A stretch of DNA of 64,000 nucleotides from Cycas panzhihuaensis. Lineage: Eukaryota; Plantae; Cycadophyta. Below are positions 12,567-27,544 of the stretch, in pieces. A program made the position numbers and the translations under genes. Location of the stretch: NCBI GenBank assembly GCA_023213395.1, contig CM041465.1, positions 242,055,741 through 242,119,740 of the forward strand, in the 5' to 3' direction. Below the pieces are notes generated by a model. It was not told the origin of the DNA, searched no databases, and saw only the letters and a list, made by a program, of their open reading frames with translations. How positions within the stretch are numbered: position 1 is the stretch's first letter; each line of letters begins with the position of its first letter.

Positions 12567-15500
12567 ATGAGAGACCACTTTTGCTTATGCCCATCATAGG
12601 GTCCCTAGGGCCCCTGCCTATGCTATGCCTATTTTGATTCCACTCTATTTTATCTAGCCCCAAGTTACCTCTTAGATAGTCACCCAAGCCATCCCTCCAC
12701 CTATTCAACCCAAGTTGATAGTTGCCTAATCTATGGGTCCTTCATCTAGGATGGTTTCTTAGCTTATCCAAGCCATTTCCTAACCTAGACCCTTTATTCC
12801 CTCTCTTATCACTCCATCAAATAACCTTCATTCCTCTATCCCTCAACTAAGTGTAACTTGGATGCCTCCCCTTGTACTACCAATCCCACCATACCCTTAT
12901 CTCATAAGACTTGGTGGGGTCTCTTGGCCTCCTCCTCACTAGTACCAACTTTATCAATCCATATATATCTCACTTGGTTATGTTACTTAGTAATAGGGGT
13001 AAGGTGTGCCTTATCCTTTACTTACCTATGATGTGTATCCACTTCACTTATATGAGGTTGCCCCTCTAATTAAAGGCCCATATGGCAAAACCCCTTGCCT
13101 CATCCCTTGTTGTACCACACTCCACCTTATCAAGCCATAACACCCTCATTTTCTCCCATTTATCAAGTTCCATGCACCCAAACTTATCAAGCCCAACTTG
13201 GCCTTCTACCTATCCCACCTTATGCATTGATTCCTTAGGGAGTCATTGCATAGAGTAGTGCACCCTACCGACCCTATCCATATGGAGCTTTGGGCTATGT
13301 AAACCCACCTCCTTATGGATCTTTCTCCTATGAATGAGTGATAGCTCCATACTTGGTCATATGCACCCCTCAACTTGCATCTCAGTACTAGACCTACTAG
13401 TAAGGATACATTTATTATGGTGGATTGTAAACCCAACCAACCTATCAGCCCCAAAACTCTTATCCACCCCTTGATCCTTTGTCTCAACCTAGGGCATGTC
13501 CCTTTATTGATTATAGGACTGACTTTCTCTCCTTGGAGGCCCTGAGAATAAATTTATCACCTCACCCTCTTGAAATGCTTAAGTTTGAATGCACTTCATC
13601 CCAGGCCCCTACATATCATGTTTGATCATTTTCCATGGTATGTATTAACTACTAGTCCTATGACTATATCTTGATGAAGTTATTTCCAAGGTCTCTATAA
13701 TGGGACACTCTCAAGTGGTTTTATTATTTATCTACCCATTCTATCTTCTACTTTCAATAGTAGATAGACACCTTCATTAATTATTTTAACATTGCTCATC
13801 CTTTTAAATGTGGGGTTAAAGTTATTCTCTTACTTAAAAAAGACCATGAAGAGCTCAACATAGACTTTGTACACTATTTTCATGACTTTCTCCATTCATC
13901 TAAATCCATTCTTCTTAAATACCTCAAGAGGAATATCTTTATTAGTGCCCTTCATCCTGAAATCCACACTAAAGTACTCAAGATGTGTGCTACTACATGT
14001 GACTTAACCATAGCAAAATGCCTTACTTTGGAGTCCACTGAGATCTAAATAGGCCTTAAAGAGGTCAATAGACCTCCCTTACATCATGAGACATTACCTC
14101 CTCCTTAAGACCAAAGGCCTCAACCATAGGCTCCGAGACCTCTTATTGGCAATGTCTATAAGACAATGGACTTTCTTACTTTTATTATTCACTTATTTAA
14201 ATATGTAGTCAAAGATCTTAAGCTCCAACCATTCCCCAACCAACTTGAGCTACTTATCCCCATGCATAGGTATAGGTCAATTCATTAAGTTGCTTAGATA
14301 ATCTCCTAGCTAAAATAGGTTAATCATACCCCTACTCAAGTTAAAAAGTCCCCATACCCCCCTGAGAAGATGTGGTGTATAGTCTATAAGAGTTGTTCCC
14401 ATGATGATGCCCACTATTAGACCTAATATCTTGAATAGGAACTACCCTGGGACCCCCCTTTACAACTTGAATCTAAGCCCAATATCAAATAGATGGTCTA
14501 TTAGAACCCTTTCCAAAGTAATAATGCTCCCAAATATTTGACCTAACCATATAACTAGGGAGGAAATAGGTGATCCTAACCTCAAAGGAAGCCTCTATCT
14601 AGTCCCACTCTTGATCAACCTAGAGATAAATCCTAACTCACACTAGCTAGCTATTCTCCTTTCAAAACCTAAGACCCACCCTAGGTTGCCCAATGCTATA
14701 ATGCTAAGGGTAAAAGCATGATCCAAATACTTGACACCACCTAAAATTTTCCTATAACTTACACCTGAGTAGTCAAGGAAGCTAGAGAAGCCTCTACTTC
14801 CTAACAACTACCTATTGAGCCCCTTCCCATAGTGATCCCCATCTTTCTAAAGATAATTCTTGATTACCCTAGCTGATGCAACTTTAATAGAGCCCTTTCC
14901 TAACCCATTGTCAAGGGGAAATCCTTTTGTATTATGAAAGAACTCCATATTATTTTTATGGGTATGTCCATGATGGATGCCTTACAAAGATTCCCTAACT
15001 AGTGAAACTTACTTATAAAACCCCTAAGGCATATGGAACTACCCATCCATATTGTAACCACTACTTCCCCTAACCAAACCATCATCTCTTTCAATCCTAA
15101 TGACTTTCCATCTATTAAATAGTATGAGTACTATTGGAATTACCCCTTTGTTATTACCATTGAGACCCCATATTTTACACTAAAATGAATTGTTATTGAT
15201 AATTGATCTTTAAGGAATGCCATGCCTACTCAAATACTTGAGAAACTCAACAATGAGGCCCTTAAGCTAGTCTTGTGGAAGTATTAAGGATATGATGAAA
15301 ATAAAGAGGCACCTCTTAGGACAATTATCCTTCCTCTCAACCTCAAGGATAAAACCATCCTCACTAACATTATTGTCCTTAACATCGATGTCAATTATAA
15401 CCTCCTTTTGGGATGACCATAGTTGGACTAGATGTGGGGTGTCTATTTTTCCTTATGGGGGTAGTTAAAATTTATTTATAATGGAAGAGTCTACATCATA

Positions 15501-15853
15501 ATATGTGAGCCCTCCTTCTGATCTTTCCAACCTATAGTCCAAGACATTTTTGATGTTGATGATGATGAGAGTGAAGAATTAGAGCCTTCCCTTATAGGCT
15601 TTTTTCAAAGTCCAAGCCTCCAACCTGAATATGATCCTCCATCTTCTAGGCCAAACATGGTTCATTTCACCACTATAGAAGTAGGTAGCTATGGGTATTT
15701 GGTTATTCTTAATGACCCTGAATTAGATGATGAAGATCTTGAGCCCCATACATGATAGATGGCTATTATTTCTCAAACCTAAAATGAATAATCATGTGTA
15801 GATAGTCCCCTTTCTTTTGGCCCTTCCCAAAGGACCCCTCACTTACCCTAATC
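12567..15853 (+). pseudogene. T-C gag and protease, degenerate
   Basis: Pro-rich N-terminus, a Retrotrans_gag-like LKFE...P..HV..F...C motif at about 13580 and PR-like VIDN*S..NAMP at about 15190. Homologous to 24240-27000. Start approximate. Confidence 0.78.
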
Positions 15854-16162
15854 TATTATAGGCCAAACCCTATAACCATAATAATAAGAGAGTAAAAGGG
15901 AAGAATACTAGGAGACAAAGTGATCATTAAATAAGAACCAAAAAGTGTACTAAAGCGAACCCAAATAGATTATATCCATAAACATATCAATATGCCTTAC
16001 ATAGGATGGGGGTGTTATATTTATAAGAGGACAATCCTATTATTATATTATTCTATTATTAATCTACCTAATCCCACATTTCTATTATTATTAAATGTTC
16101 CTAACTTATCCTTCTTAACCCTTAACCTTCTAACCTATTACATGTAGTATAGGTTCATTGCA
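15854..16162 (-). repeat. 3' LTR of the non-autonomous element
   Basis: Direct repeat of 18976-19274. Confidence 0.9.
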
Positions 16163-18975
16163 TGCCCTCTACCCTCATATGCTTTTCCCTCTAAGCATCC
16201 TAATACAAAAATATATGTATCCACCACCTGCCACTACTAGTATATCACAGGTAGTGGTTTAATCAAGGTGACAACAAGGAGATACTGTTGTTGTAGATCT
16301 TTTTATTAAGAAAAGATGCATAAAAATAAGAATCCAAATGCTCTTATAATTTGAATGATGATGGAGCCAACTTGATGTTTACACCTTTACGTAAAGAGAT
16401 TTTAACCTACTAATCCAAAGTGAAATTTACCTCATCTTATTTTTCTTCATATTTTCTTTCCTTATGTTTGGCCTCTTCTTCTAGAAGGGTGCTCTAGTTA
16501 GGATTGAGTGCTTCAATATATTGATGAAATACAAAAATGAAGAGGCCCTAATTTGTCTTGTAGGTATTTTAACACCACTCTCATGCCTACGATTGAAAGG
16601 GGCCTTCTAATTATTGAATATCTAAACAAAGCTTATGATATTTTGTTAAATTATGCTCTTTAAAGTATGCAAGCATGGATACAAGCATGTCATAAAATAT
16701 GATAAAATCATTAAGACTTAAATGAAGTAGCTCGATCCTAGTTTCCCCATAATTTTTATCATTTGAGTGATCCTAGTCCTATAAAATTATTTCATCCTAC
16801 AATGCTTCATCTTACTCCTATACGTCTCCTTTTGTAGAATCTTCAATAGCTAGGTAAGCTCTTGTTCCCATTTGAAGTTCCATCTTGAAGGATACCCAAT
16901 CTAGATCTAGGTGTGAGATATACTATTTCCAAGTTATTTAATATAGATCCCATTATAAGAATGCCATAGAAAACATGATTTTGAAATAGTCCTAATTGAT
17001 ACAGTAAACTATAGAATAATCTTCAAAGAATTATTCTAAAGTGGCAACTTGATCATAAAACTCAATGTGACTATCCATTCCAAAGTAAGTGAGGTCAAGG
17101 TCATCATTATACTTAAAAAAGAAGTGTTCATAGTCATAGTACTAATCAAGAAGACCCTATTTTTCATAGGATGTAATTAAATTCCTATAAACCCTTGGGT
17201 CCATTTGGCCTCAAGAATAATAGAAGGCAAGAAAAAATCTGAATGACCAAAAAACTATAAAAAATTATATTTATATAACGATAGGGTTTAATTTCAAACA
17301 TTAATATCTACTACAAGAAAAGTAAAAAATATGTCATATCATAGTGTAAATTGAAGCTCTCGAAGCAAGGAATCTAATGGGTTTGAAATAACTGAATTCT
17401 AAGCATGTATGGAGAAGATATGATTAGAACTATTCAAGTAGATATAAAAATTATGATGAAACCCTTTGAATTATTATTAAGCCTCCTTTTCAATAAGAGC
17501 TTAGTCACTTTAGATGCTCCATATAGCCAATGATAATAGCATAAGAGGTAGATTTCATAATACTTCTCAATATAATTAAATTAAAACCCTACCTTGATAA
17601 AAATATTTACCCATATTAAAATCTATTTCATTCATTAATAGAGCAGTGGTAAATTTTGGATGAGCATTAGAGTGTTTAAGCATCTAAGTGGATCAATCTG
17701 CATTGTTTACCAAGGTTGCTTTAAACAAGGAATAATAGGATGCATCAAGTGTGAAGGGTATTAATATGTTGATAACCTAGTAATAGTTTTCGATGGACTA
17801 TTGTTCATATTGCTAGTGAAAAGATGATTCAACTGCTACAATATCACAAGATTTAAAACCTCAACAACCCAACCACTATAGAGCTACTTGCCTTTCTTTT
17901 TTTTCCCTTTTTGCTTTCTTTTTTTTTCTTAATATATTTTTTGCACTACTCACTCCATGATAAGGATAACTTTATGGGGGTTTGTGGTGATGGCAAGTCT
18001 ACAAGTGCTTGGGGATTACCGTATAAAGGCAAATGTGAACACTTAGTAATTAACACAAAGCTATAGATATGAAGCCATCTCCAAATAACTACTATGATTA
18101 TAAATGAGTATGGTTTTTATGGCACCTCTTAAGATATTAAATTTATTTAAGCTCATTATATACAACTATAGAATGACCACCCTTTTATAAAACTTAGTTG
18201 ATTGATCCTAGGCTTGGATAGAGATCAAACTTAAGCAAAAACCCCAATGTTTGATAGGTGGATTCTTTGCTATGATTCAAAAGTTCAAAGATGTAATGAT
18301 TTCTTCAGGCACATAACTTTAAGCATAGATTAGACCATAAGCACTAGTAAAGAAGAAATATTAATGATTAAGATTCTTAGGAATGGTGTCACGGAATGAG
18401 GAGATGTTGTTTAGAGGCCAACACCTTGGTAAACTTCTCAAAGATATGTAATACATGCTTCCAATAATGGTGCTCAAAATATAAGTGATAATAATCTTAA
18501 GGCTTCAAAATCTCCTAAATTTTAGATGTCCCATAAAAAGGATACCATAGCAGAGATGGTCAATATTAAGAAATTTAGTCTCAAATAGTTGCACACTTAT
18601 AATGGGGGTAGGGAGAGATCATATGCAGATACCCTTCTACCAAAATGCAAAGACACACGATTACATCTAACACAAACTTTGATCCACAATAGTAAAATAA
18701 GGATTCCATTAAAAAAATTCACTATTTCAAAATATATCAATAATAACTTGATAGTTTTCGAACCCTCTCACAAAGAATATGTTAAACTGCAACTACAAAT
18801 GATAAAATAACCCACTCTTAAGGTTTGTACATAAACCTTACTAATTACATCTTTGACTTGGTAAACCCTTCAATAAGGATTGCCAACCCTCTAATAATAT
18901 CGTATCTTCAACACCTATAATAAATAAGGAGGAAGTAAGAAAAATCTTTGCCTTTTCCCTAGCTTTGATACCACT

Positions 18976-19274
18976 TGTTATAGGGCAACCCTTACAACCA
19001 TAATAATATGAGAGCAAAGGGGAAGAAGAGAGTGGTCATGAAATGATAATGAAAAGGGGCATCAAAGTGAACCCAAATAGATCATTTTCATAAATATATC
19101 AAGATGCCTTACATAGGATGGGGGTGTCATATTTATAAGAGGATCACCCCATTATTATATTACTCTACTACTAATGTACCTAATCCCATATTTCCATTAT
19201 TATTGAATACTCCTAACTTATCCTTCTTAATCCTTAACCTTCCAATCTATTACATGTGGTATATGTTCATTACA
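18976..19274 (-). repeat. 5' LTR of the non-autonomous element
   Basis: Direct repeat of 15854-16162, adjacent to the PBS. Confidence 0.9.
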
Positions 19275-19279
19275 CAATC

Positions 19280-21617
19280 CTAGTAAGATCCTATTGAGAA
19301 CCCTTGAGCTGAGCCCATACCCCCTTCACCTTATATGATATCTTTGTTTTAACAAACCTAACTTGCTCACCATTCCAACTAGCTCATTTATAACTGTCAC
19401 CCTAACTTGCCCTAAGAAACCCTTGATCCATAATATTTAACCTTAATAGCCTCTCAACCATCCATCAAAGTAACTTACCATGTGAGAGTCCCCTAGTTAA
19501 TTGTACATTTAGACAATATGCTTAGGGACCTTAATTACCCTACAACCAATATGAGGCCCTCACTAAGTGTTGACAACCCCCCTCTTTACCCATCACAAAC
19601 CATTAATATAATTTATTATGTATGGGACTTTCTAGATTATATTATTAGTTAGTTAGATCTAGACCAAGTCCCTTATATTTACAACTCAGATGAAGAGTCT
19701 AATTTAGTTTTCTCCTATGAGGAGTCTATTATTTATGATTCTCCCCTATCTTATCTTTCTTATAAGTCCGCTAACCCTCTTATCTTTGATCCTGATCTAG
19801 AGCAAGACCAAGTCAACCATACTTTACCCCCCTTGTAACTCTCATACCTATTAAATATTTGCACTTGAATTTTATTTAGAAGTCCTCTCATTATTTTGAG
19901 TGGGAATTTAATTGGTATATGAATCCACCTATTGAAAGGCTTGAGTCTCTCGTTTTATCTAAGACCATTTATAACATTGACTTCTTTGAGAATGATGAGG
20001 CATTGATTAAGCACCTAGTGGGGGATCTCTTAACCTCCCTCCAAACCACCACATGTTTAAGTTATAGAAGTGTCTTTCTATTAGATTGCCTCTTACTAAG
20101 ACTAACACAATGCAATCCCTCCCAAACCTACCTGTTGACCAAGCCCCCCTCATTTTAAGGAGGGAAATGCCCTTCTTCTAGGGAAAACCATTGACATTAT
20201 ATTGGATCCTAGTAAGATCATCAAGATTATAGTAGAATTCTCTCTTGTAAAGGTACTTAAACATACAACTTTATTCCAATAATTCTAGGACATCTTTGTG
20301 TGGGATTATGTTGACATGAAGGGCATAAGTCCTAAGATCATCACCCACAAACTCACTACAACTCTTAAATCCAAGCTTGGTAGAGAGAAATAACACACCA
20401 TCCATCCTAATTTTTTAATAGTCATCAAGATGGAGGTAGAAAAGTTATATAATACTGACTCGATTACCTCAATTAATTACCCTTGATGGGTGTCCAACAT
20501 TGTGCCTATAGCAAAAAGGAATGAGGCCATTCATATTTGTATCGATTTCAGGGACATAAATAAGGCATGCTCTAAAGATAATTTTCCCATCCCATTCATA
20601 GACTAGATTATATATAGGGTGACAAGCTTTGAGGTTATGTCCCTAATGGATGGATTCCTAAGTTACAACCATCCAAAGCTTGCCTAAAGACTATCACAAG
20701 CCCACATTCACCATTCCTTCAAGGACCTTTACTTATGTCATAATACCTTTTGGTCTAAAAAATACTAGTGAAACCTACCAATGGACCATGAATTTTATCT
20801 TTTATGACCTTAATAATAAAATTCTTAGGGTATTCATAGATGATCTCTTAGGCCTTTCACAAAACAAGAGTGACTATCACATTCATCTTAGGGAAATCTT
20901 CATAAGATGTAAAACATTTCACGTCAATTAGAAGCCTCACAAGTGTGTATTTATTATAATGACTAGAAAACTATTAGGATTTCTCATATTTCAAAAGGGG
21001 ATCTAAGTTGATCTTGAGAAAGTGAAAGTGATCCTAGAGATGCCCCTTCCCCCTCCCACCCAAAACTCAAAAGTAGATAAAGTCATTTCTAGGGTATCTA
21101 GGTTTCTTATGGTACTTCTTAGTGAATTTTACTATGAATGCCAAACCATTGATAAATATCCTTAAGAAGAAAGCCTATTTATCTAGACTTTGATAACTAA
21201 AGTTTCCTTTTAATAACTTAAATGGGGCCTCATCTTAACGCCCATTTTGGCTCCCCTAATGTTTGATTGTCCATTCATTCTATACACATCCTCTATAAGT
21301 GAATTGATTAGTTCCATCTTAGCCCAAAAAGATAGTATAAAAGTTGAGTGGGCTATTTATTTCATTAGTCAAACCTTGGTTGCAACCAAAATCAATTACA
21401 CGCTTATTAAGAATGAGTGCTTGGTGTTAGTGTTTATTATAAAAATATTAAGGCACTACCTATTAGGGAACACTACAAACATCATCATCTAATCTGACCT
21501 CTTATACTTCTTAATGACCAAATCATACCTAATAGGATGGATAGAGAAATGAATTATACTTTTATAGGAATATGACATTATGACTACTAGCAATAAGTCC
21601 AAAAAAGGTATGGTTGT
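19280..21617 (+). pseudogene. T-C linker, reverse transcriptase and retro-type RNase H, degenerate
   Basis: IDFRDINKACSKDNFPIP, SLMDGF..YN, IPFGLKNTSETYQ, VFIDDLL, then PFILYT...AIYFISQTL...ECLVLVF..LRHYLLG. Confidence 0.9.
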
Positions 21618-24237
21618 TGTTTCTCACCTACCAGGAATGGATTGGGATCTTATTACATAGGTAAGTTTAGGTATATATTCAATATTACATCTTTTACTAG
21701 CTTTCCTTTACAATCATTATTTTATATGATGTTTGTATAATTTCCTAAGAGCTTGATTGATATGTTTGCATGGCTTGCCTGTGCATATTTTTGCCTATGA
21801 AAACTAGGACTCTAATCCAATGGAATTATTAAGCCCCCATAGTAATCTCTTAATTAGCAAGAGGTCCCTCACATGTCCTTGTAGCTTAGTTTTGGGTGAG
21901 TTTTGGTTTGCTTCTACTCTTGTGTTGCATCTTTTTCTCCTTCTTCCCACTTTGTCTATTACTCAGTCCATCTAGGGTAATCTATTAGGAATTTTAGTGG
22001 ATGGATGTATTCCATCATCCATATATTGCGAGACTTCTTTGTATTTTCATTAGTATTAATTACCTAGTCTCCATCTATACTTTGGCACCCTGATTGCCAT
22101 CATTCTCATGAGGTTTTAACATAGTTTATTGATTTTATCATGTATTTTTGCCAGTTTCCAATGTATGAGATGGCCTAAGACTAATTTTTAGATACTTAAG
22201 GACGAGTTCCAATAGTAGTCAACCCCTCCCCTTGCTTCACTAATATTTATTAGTATTTCCTAGTTTTTATAAACGTTTACAATTTTGTTGCTGCCTCATT
22301 GAGTTTCTACTTACCCCACTATGATTTTTGTGCCCCATGAATATATTTTTAGTGCTGTGAATATATTAATAGCATGACTGTTATGATTTTAAATACAACT
22401 AACAACATCTAAAATCACATTTATTACACCTTTGACAAGATTCCTTGCCTTGAGGCTAGGCTAGATCAAGGCCCAATAGTCATGTAGAGTGTTTGCAACT
22501 CACAAAACTAAATTTGGAGTTATTATTCATCATCATTCTCATATCTAGCGAGCTACTATATTTTCTTTTCAAGCTTTCTCAAGATAACATATGAAAAATT
22601 AGACCTTCAATAGGGAAAAGAAGGTAAAACCAAGATCTAGAAGGTAGGAGGACCTCCTTAAGCTACAACTACAACCAAGGAGTGTATTCTCCCCACCTAT
22701 AATCAAGAATTTCATCTAAAAAGCCCCCTTTTAAGGAATACAAAAGCTTATAATCACCAAAATCTCTTCACCTTTCACCATTATTTCTTCCTTCCAAGTG
22801 TGTAAGCTCCATTCATAGTTTTTTTCCAGTAAAATACTAATGTTTTGCTTCCCATTTCATCAATTTTCTATATGTTTTGCTTGTTTCTTTAGTTTAAAAG
22901 CAATAATACATTTATTTGGTAGGTTTACCTTAAAAATCTTGGAGAAACATCCTCTCATTGGTTGTAAACCCTTTCCAACCCTTAGTGGAGGGTATAAATA
23001 GAATCTTCGCTAGTTAGAGGAGTTTTTGGGAAGGGAAATAGGTCAAAGTTCCAACTTTTGGATCCCATTTCCATTGGATAATTCCCTTCCAGCACCACAA
23101 GGAATTCTACTTCATGGTGCATGCACATCCTTCACTAATGTAACATTTTGCAACCATTCCATGGGAAAAATAACCCATAGCTCACCATTGAGATTTTTTA
23201 TCTCACTTCTACCTCAAATTTTCAAACCAAGAGACCCATAAAACTAGCTGATATCTTTTGATATTTAGGAGATCATAGCCACATAGAAAGGCAACACCAT
23301 TCTGAGGCACCACCCTCTCTTCTTTTTCCATTTTATTTTGCTTCTTGCATATTGAGATCTTGGAAAGGAAGGTAGAAGTGTTTGGTTTCTTTATAAATAA
23401 TAAAAAATATTAGTAACATTTGTATAAGTATATTTGTAGAGTATATGTTACTTGTGGGAAAGTTTCTTTGCTTAATCTTATAGGTAAGAGGCTTACTCAT
23501 ACTTGCAAAGGGGTCTCCATTACAAGGTAATTAGATTTGAGTCCTAGCATCATATTTAGTTTATACTTCCATTTTGTCACTTCTATGCTTTCCTTTCATT
23601 TCCCTTTGCAACTTTGTATTTGAGTTTGGGGAAGGTAAGGAAGCCCCTTCTTGATCTTAACAACATTTGTGGTAATAAAGGAGATCGTGTCATCGGTAAG
23701 AGAGGAATGTGCATGGAAACAACTGTAAGATTAGCATCAAATGTTGCATATTGGGTGCACCCTTTCAAAACCCATATTCCTCTTGCTTATTTCTTCCTAA
23801 ATTCATTTATTAATAAATTGTAACCAAAATGTAAGGGTTAATTCACATATAGCACATTCTTGGTTTTCTTCAAAAAGAAAAGACATACATACATTCTCTC
23901 CCTCTTTCCCCTTTCATAAAAAGAGCATAGTAGGGAGGGATTATTTCTTTTATTTATACATGCATATTGCATATAGAAGTCAAAGTTACAACATTAAGTA
24001 AAAAGTGTTTCTTTCCTCTTCTAAAAGAAAAAACATTGCATAAACTTCATTCCCTCTTTCTCATTTTGCATATAAGCATGCATGTTGGAAAGAAATTGGG
24101 AAACATAATGAATGAGTTTCTTTTTGCATAGACAAGGAACATAACTAAAAAGGGAAATATTGCATGGACTTCACACCATTTTACCATTCTTACATATGCA
24201 CATGGATGTAGAAAATGAAACTAAGGAACATAGTATA
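21618..24237 (+). repeat. 5' LTR of T-B (3' end deleted together with the PBS and leader)
   Basis: Colinear with 39645-42203. Similarity stops at AACTAAGGAACATAGTATA and the sequence jumps into Pro-rich gag. TATAAATA at 22993-23000. Confidence 0.9.
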
Positions 24238-27100
24238 CCTCATCTACAACATGTAGGCTCATCACTGTATGTCCTCCTAGGTTATACATCTCAACCTTGG
24301 AGCCATGGAGGGCCTAACCCTCTTTCGACTGATGGGGTGGATCCACTCCATTCCTATGGGGTTGTGCCTCCTATGGGTAGACCTTATGGACAAAACCTTG
24401 TTCCTTATTCTACACCATCCATATGTATGACCTCATATATAACTCCTTTGTAAGGGGGATCCATTCCCCCTCTTATTCCTTATTCTTATGCGTCAATCCC
24501 TTAGGGAGCACACCCACATGTTGTTGCTACACATGTGGCACACCCTCGAGGTGAGGTGATGCCTTCTTACCTACCTTCATATTTGACCTATCCCAATATT
24601 GGGATGGTCAACCATCTTATCCTTTATATGGTGGGAGCAAGTACCTATGCCCATCTCCATCTATCCCTCAAGTTCATCCCTTAGCTCAACTAGGGGTATG
24701 ACCCTTCGTTGACTACTAATCAACTCCCCTTTCCATTAAGGCCCTCAGGACTAACCTACTGCCTCACCCTCTCGAAGTGCCTAAATTTAATGGCACTTCA
24801 TTACATGACCCTACTAAGCATGTAAAAGGCTTTACCATGGCATGCATAGATTTCTAGGCCTACAATCACATTCTAATAAAGTTGTTTCTAAGGTCCTTAT
24901 AGGGAGATGCCCTAAAGTGGTTTTATCACCTCCCTACCCACTCAATTCATACCTTCCAACAACTAGTAGATGAGTTTGTCAACTATTTTGATATATCTCA
25001 CCCTTTTCAGAGTGGGGTTAAGGCCCTGATTTTCCTTAAATAAGGTCATAATGAACTCAGTTATGATTTTGTCTATTATTTCCATGATCTCCTCCATTCC
25101 TCTAAGGCCATGTTACTTGAGGAGTTGAAGTGAGATCTCTTAGTTAATATCCTTTTCCCTAAATTTCACATTAAAGTCCTTAAGATGGGGTCAATAAATT
25201 ATGACTCTGCCATAGCTAAATGCTTGGTATTAGAGGTAATTGAATTCCAAACTAGTCTCATAAAGCCTCTTAGGCAGTGATAACATTATAAGGTAGTCCG
25301 TCCTTCATGTGACCAAAGAAACTAATAACAACAACCTCCAAAGTTCCTAGCAACATAACTAATAGGACTTTGGACCCCTTGATCTTGGTTGTGCATTCCT
25401 TTAAATGTATGATTAAGGTGCTAAAACTCTAGCCTTCCCAATCCTCTCTAGAATCTCATAGACCCATCCACTAGGGCTCCCTCATCATGCCACTTAAAGG
25501 TGGAAAAGCCCATGCTTCTTAAGGGAAGAAAGCAAGACCTCCTCCTAAGAAGAAATGGTATTTTGTGCATGGGGAGTGACTCTATGGGGACTCACAATGC
25601 TAGACACAACACCATGATCTTACATTGTATCATGATGCTTCCTCCAAAGGGCTTCCAAGCCTAATTTAGACCAACCTGTCCATAGGGATCCCTTCCTTAA
25701 CCATGGGGAATAAGATCAATCTATGCAAAATAGGAGGGTGAGGAATATGGGGCAATCCCTTAACCCTTCTTCTAACCAAATGAAGGGGAAGGGGCCATGG
25801 GAACCATCCTCTATAACAAGCCCTAATGCTTAACACCCCTCATCCTCTCAACCTAAAAATAAGGGGAAGAGACTGATTTATATGCTTGAGACTACCTCCC
25901 TATACCCCATTACAGGGTCTCAAGCAGTGAAGGAAGCTACCGAAGCCTTTACCTCCTAACAAAACCCTTTTGTAGGTAATCTTCGTGTAGAGATCCCTAG
26001 AGTCTTTAAGACCATTCCTATCTGTCTTAGAGACTATGACTTCAAGAGGGCCCTTCCCCAACCCATAGGAAAAGGGAAGGCCTTCTCTATCCTTAAGAAG
26101 TTGCACTATATGTCTATAGGTATGTCTATGATGGATGTCTTGCAGAGTTGCCCTGAGTAATACACTCTTCTTTTACAAACTCTTAGTCAATAAGATGCTC
26201 TCATCCACACTATAAGTACCACTTACCATGGACCTCCTATCATCTCATTTGATCCCTAAGATCTCCCATCTCCTAGTGAATGGGAAAAGTTTTGGCATTA
26301 CCCATTTGTCATTTATATTGACACCCTTAACTTTACCATAAAGAGGACCATCATAGATAATGGTTCCTCAGTTAATGTTATGCCTAAACACATGCTAAAA
26401 TAGTTAGGTATAGTGGCCCTTAAGTTTGTCCCTTAGAAATACCAAGAATATGATGGAAGTGAAAAGTCTTCTTTAGGGACAATCACCCTCTCACTCATAT
26501 TAGGAGAGAAGACCATTTCCATAAATGTTATTATGCTTTATATTGACATCAATTATAACCTCCTATTAGGTTGACCATGGTTCAACCAAATGAGAGCTAT
26601 TTACTCCTCACACTGGGGGTAACTTAAGTTTATCTATAAAGGATAAATTAAGGTTATCACTCATGAGAGTCTACCCTCTTGTATACTTTATCCTACTTAC
26701 TAAGCTATCTTTGATGTTGAAGATAGTGATTCTGATGAGGTTATCCCCTCATTGGGGAATCTGTTTTAGGGGGCCAGGTCTCAATAGGATGATCCTCACA
26801 GGGAATCTATTTTAAGGGGCTAAGTATTAATAGGATGATCCCCTACCTCAATATGAACCTAATCTAGTTAGGTTTACACCTATTGGTAAAGGTATCTATG
26901 GCTATCTAGCTATAATGAGTGACTCTAAGTCAGATGTTGAGGATCATGAGCCTCCTCCTTGACATGTCACTCTAATTTCCCATATACCTAGGAAGGAATT
27001 CCACATGGACCTTCCCTCTCATAATGATTCTTCTACATCTCCTAAGTCATTGGCTTTAAACCAACCACTCTTCTCATTTTCCTGCTCTATGAAGATGACT
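24238..27100 (+). pseudogene. T-B gag and protease, degenerate; end approximate
   Basis: EVPKFNG...DPTKHVKGF, KLF.RSL.GDALKWF, PR IIDNGSSVNVMP at about 26350, YNLLLG*PW. Confidence 0.82.
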
Positions 27101-27544
27101 CCTTATAGGCATACACATTGATATACCACTCATAAGAGTGTCTCACCCTTATGCCTTAGACCCTCATTCAGGACTAGATCCTATTACACCTCTATGAAGC
27201 CTTGCCATGTAATCAGTCATGTGTTAAGCCCCTTGTATAAGTTTGGTTTTGACCAAACTCCTCTTACTTATAGGCCTATCCATGCTAGGCCTACCCTTCA
27301 TGGTTAATTCTTTCTCCTTCTGAGTAGAAACAGAGCTAGTACTTCACTTTGACATGAGCCTAAACTACCTTTCAAATATAATATCAAATTCTCTCACTAG
27401 GGGAATAGTGTATATTCAAGCTTCTAGTGACTCTGTTTGTTATCTAGATGGCTATACTCCTTTCTAAAGGTGTTTTCTGTCCCCTTAACAAATGGATCCC
27501 TTCTTTTAGTTTATGAGTGGTGGTGAATGTGTCACCATTGGGGC

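Larger units (their letters stand above)
15854..19274 (-). mobile_element. Non-autonomous LTR retrotransposon (3.4 kb) with a gag-like remnant, probably gypsy-derived
   Basis: LTRs 15854-16162 and 18976-19274, PBS TGGTATCAAAGC (18973-18962), PPT GAGGGTAGAGGGCA next to 16162, TSD taatc/caatc. No RT or INT seen. Confidence 0.88.
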
